Source: Mobula hypostoma
Lineage: Eukaryota
NCBI RefSeq assembly: GCF_963921235.1
Contig: NC_086098.1
Location: forward strand, 5,828,001-5,892,000
Direction: 5' to 3'
Length of the DNA stretch: 64,000 nucleotides
The first letter of the stretch is position 1; each line of letters opens with the position of its first letter. Positions 62,895 to 64,000 of the stretch are shown here, one piece after another. Position numbers and translations under genes: made by a program. The notes beneath the pieces are model-generated. The model was given only the letters and a program-made list of their open reading frames with translations. It did not search any database and had not been told where the DNA came from.

Positions 62895-63928
62895 TAAAAG
62901 CAAGGACAGTAAGGGTGTAGAGATCCAGCCTTGGATAACTAAGGGAATAAGACAAGGCATCAAACTAAAACCTTGTGCATACAAAGTCTCCAAGAGTAGT
63001 GGGAAACTGGAAGATTGGGAAAACTTTAAAAAGCAACAAAGAACCACAAAGTAAGCAATAAAAGAAGGGAAGATTGATTATGAAAATAAACTAGCACAAA
63101 ATTCTCTGCACTCTGGGCAGGTCCTAGCAGATTGGAAGACAGCGAATGCCACACCATTGTTCAAATAAGGATGTAGGCAAACGGCAGGTAACTACAGGCC
63201 AGTTAGTTTAACCTGTGTAGTTGGGAAAATGCTTGAAGCTATCATTAAAGAAGAAATAGCGAGGTATCTGGAGAGAAATAGATCCATCAGGCAGATGCAG
63301 CATGGATTCAGCAAATGGTTTCAAAGGTTTCAAAGGTACATTTAATGTCAGAGAAATGTATACAATATGCATCCTGAAATACTTTTTCTTTGCAAACGTC
63401 CACGAAAACAGAGGAGTGCCCCCAAAAGAACGAATGACAGTTAAATGTTAGAATCCCAAAGTCCCCCCCACCTCCCCTCCCTCCTGCACATAAGCAGCAG
63501 CGAGCGACAATCCTCCCTTCCCCAACTGGCAAAAAAAAGCATTGGCACCTTCCAATTATGAAAGGGATAGATAAGATAGAGGCAGGAAAGTTGTTTCCAC
63601 TGAGAGGTGAGACTAGAACTAGAATATATCCTTCAGATTTGGGGGAGTAGATTTAGGAGAGAGATGAAGAGGAACTGTTTTTCCCAGAGAGTGGTGAATC
63701 TGTGGAATTCTCTGCCTGATGAAGCAGTGAAGGATACCTCAGTAAATATTTTTAAGTCAAGTTTGGATAGATTTTTGCATAGTGGGGGAATAAAGGGTTA
63801 TGGGAAAAAAGGCAGGTGGGTGGAGATGAGTCCATGGTCAGATCAACCATGATTTTATTGAATGGTGCAGCAGGCTCGACGGGCCAGATGACCTACTCCT
63901 GCTCCTATTTCTAATGTTCTTATGTTCC
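62895..63928 (+). mobile_element. CR1 ORF2 fragments and 3' end
   Basis: PWITKGIR, NYRPVSLTCVVGKMLEAIIKEEI and the 3' ORF 63607-63852. Interrupted at about 63315-63553 by a reverse-strand LINE 3' end. Confidence 0.82.
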
Positions 63929-64000
63929 ATGCATGCGCGTTGATCTTTGTCTCTCTCTGCAATGTGAATACACGAGTCAGCTGTAGAGACACAATGCCAC

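Overview
This is repeat-saturated vertebrate non-coding DNA, most likely from a shark or ray. The basis for that is V-SINE/HE1-type SINEs, abundant CR1 LINEs with an esterase ORF1, and Penelope- and Rex1-type elements. No host protein-coding exon could be supported, and nearly every long ORF is decayed transposon coding sequence. The main contents are: (1) a complete but mutated 4.37-kb Gypsy/Ty3 LTR retrotransposon at 4217-8587, with a 4-bp TSD, tRNA-Trp PBS, PPT and a candidate -1 frameshift signal, inserted in a CR1; (2) a rearranged Tc1 element closely resembling Sleeping Beauty at 22845-24656, with a solo LTR inside its IR/DR; (3) Penelope-like elements, including a TSD-bounded fold-back unit, plus many short derivatives carrying minimal hammerhead ribozyme motifs; (4) many nested CR1 and Rex1/Babar fragments, SINEs, solo LTRs and Tc1-type MITEs. 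I cannot confidently identify a new biological system. The best leads are the Sleeping Beauty-like element (possible horizontal transfer) and the hammerhead-bearing fold-back mini-elements. Family names and similarities come from recalled motifs, not from database searches.
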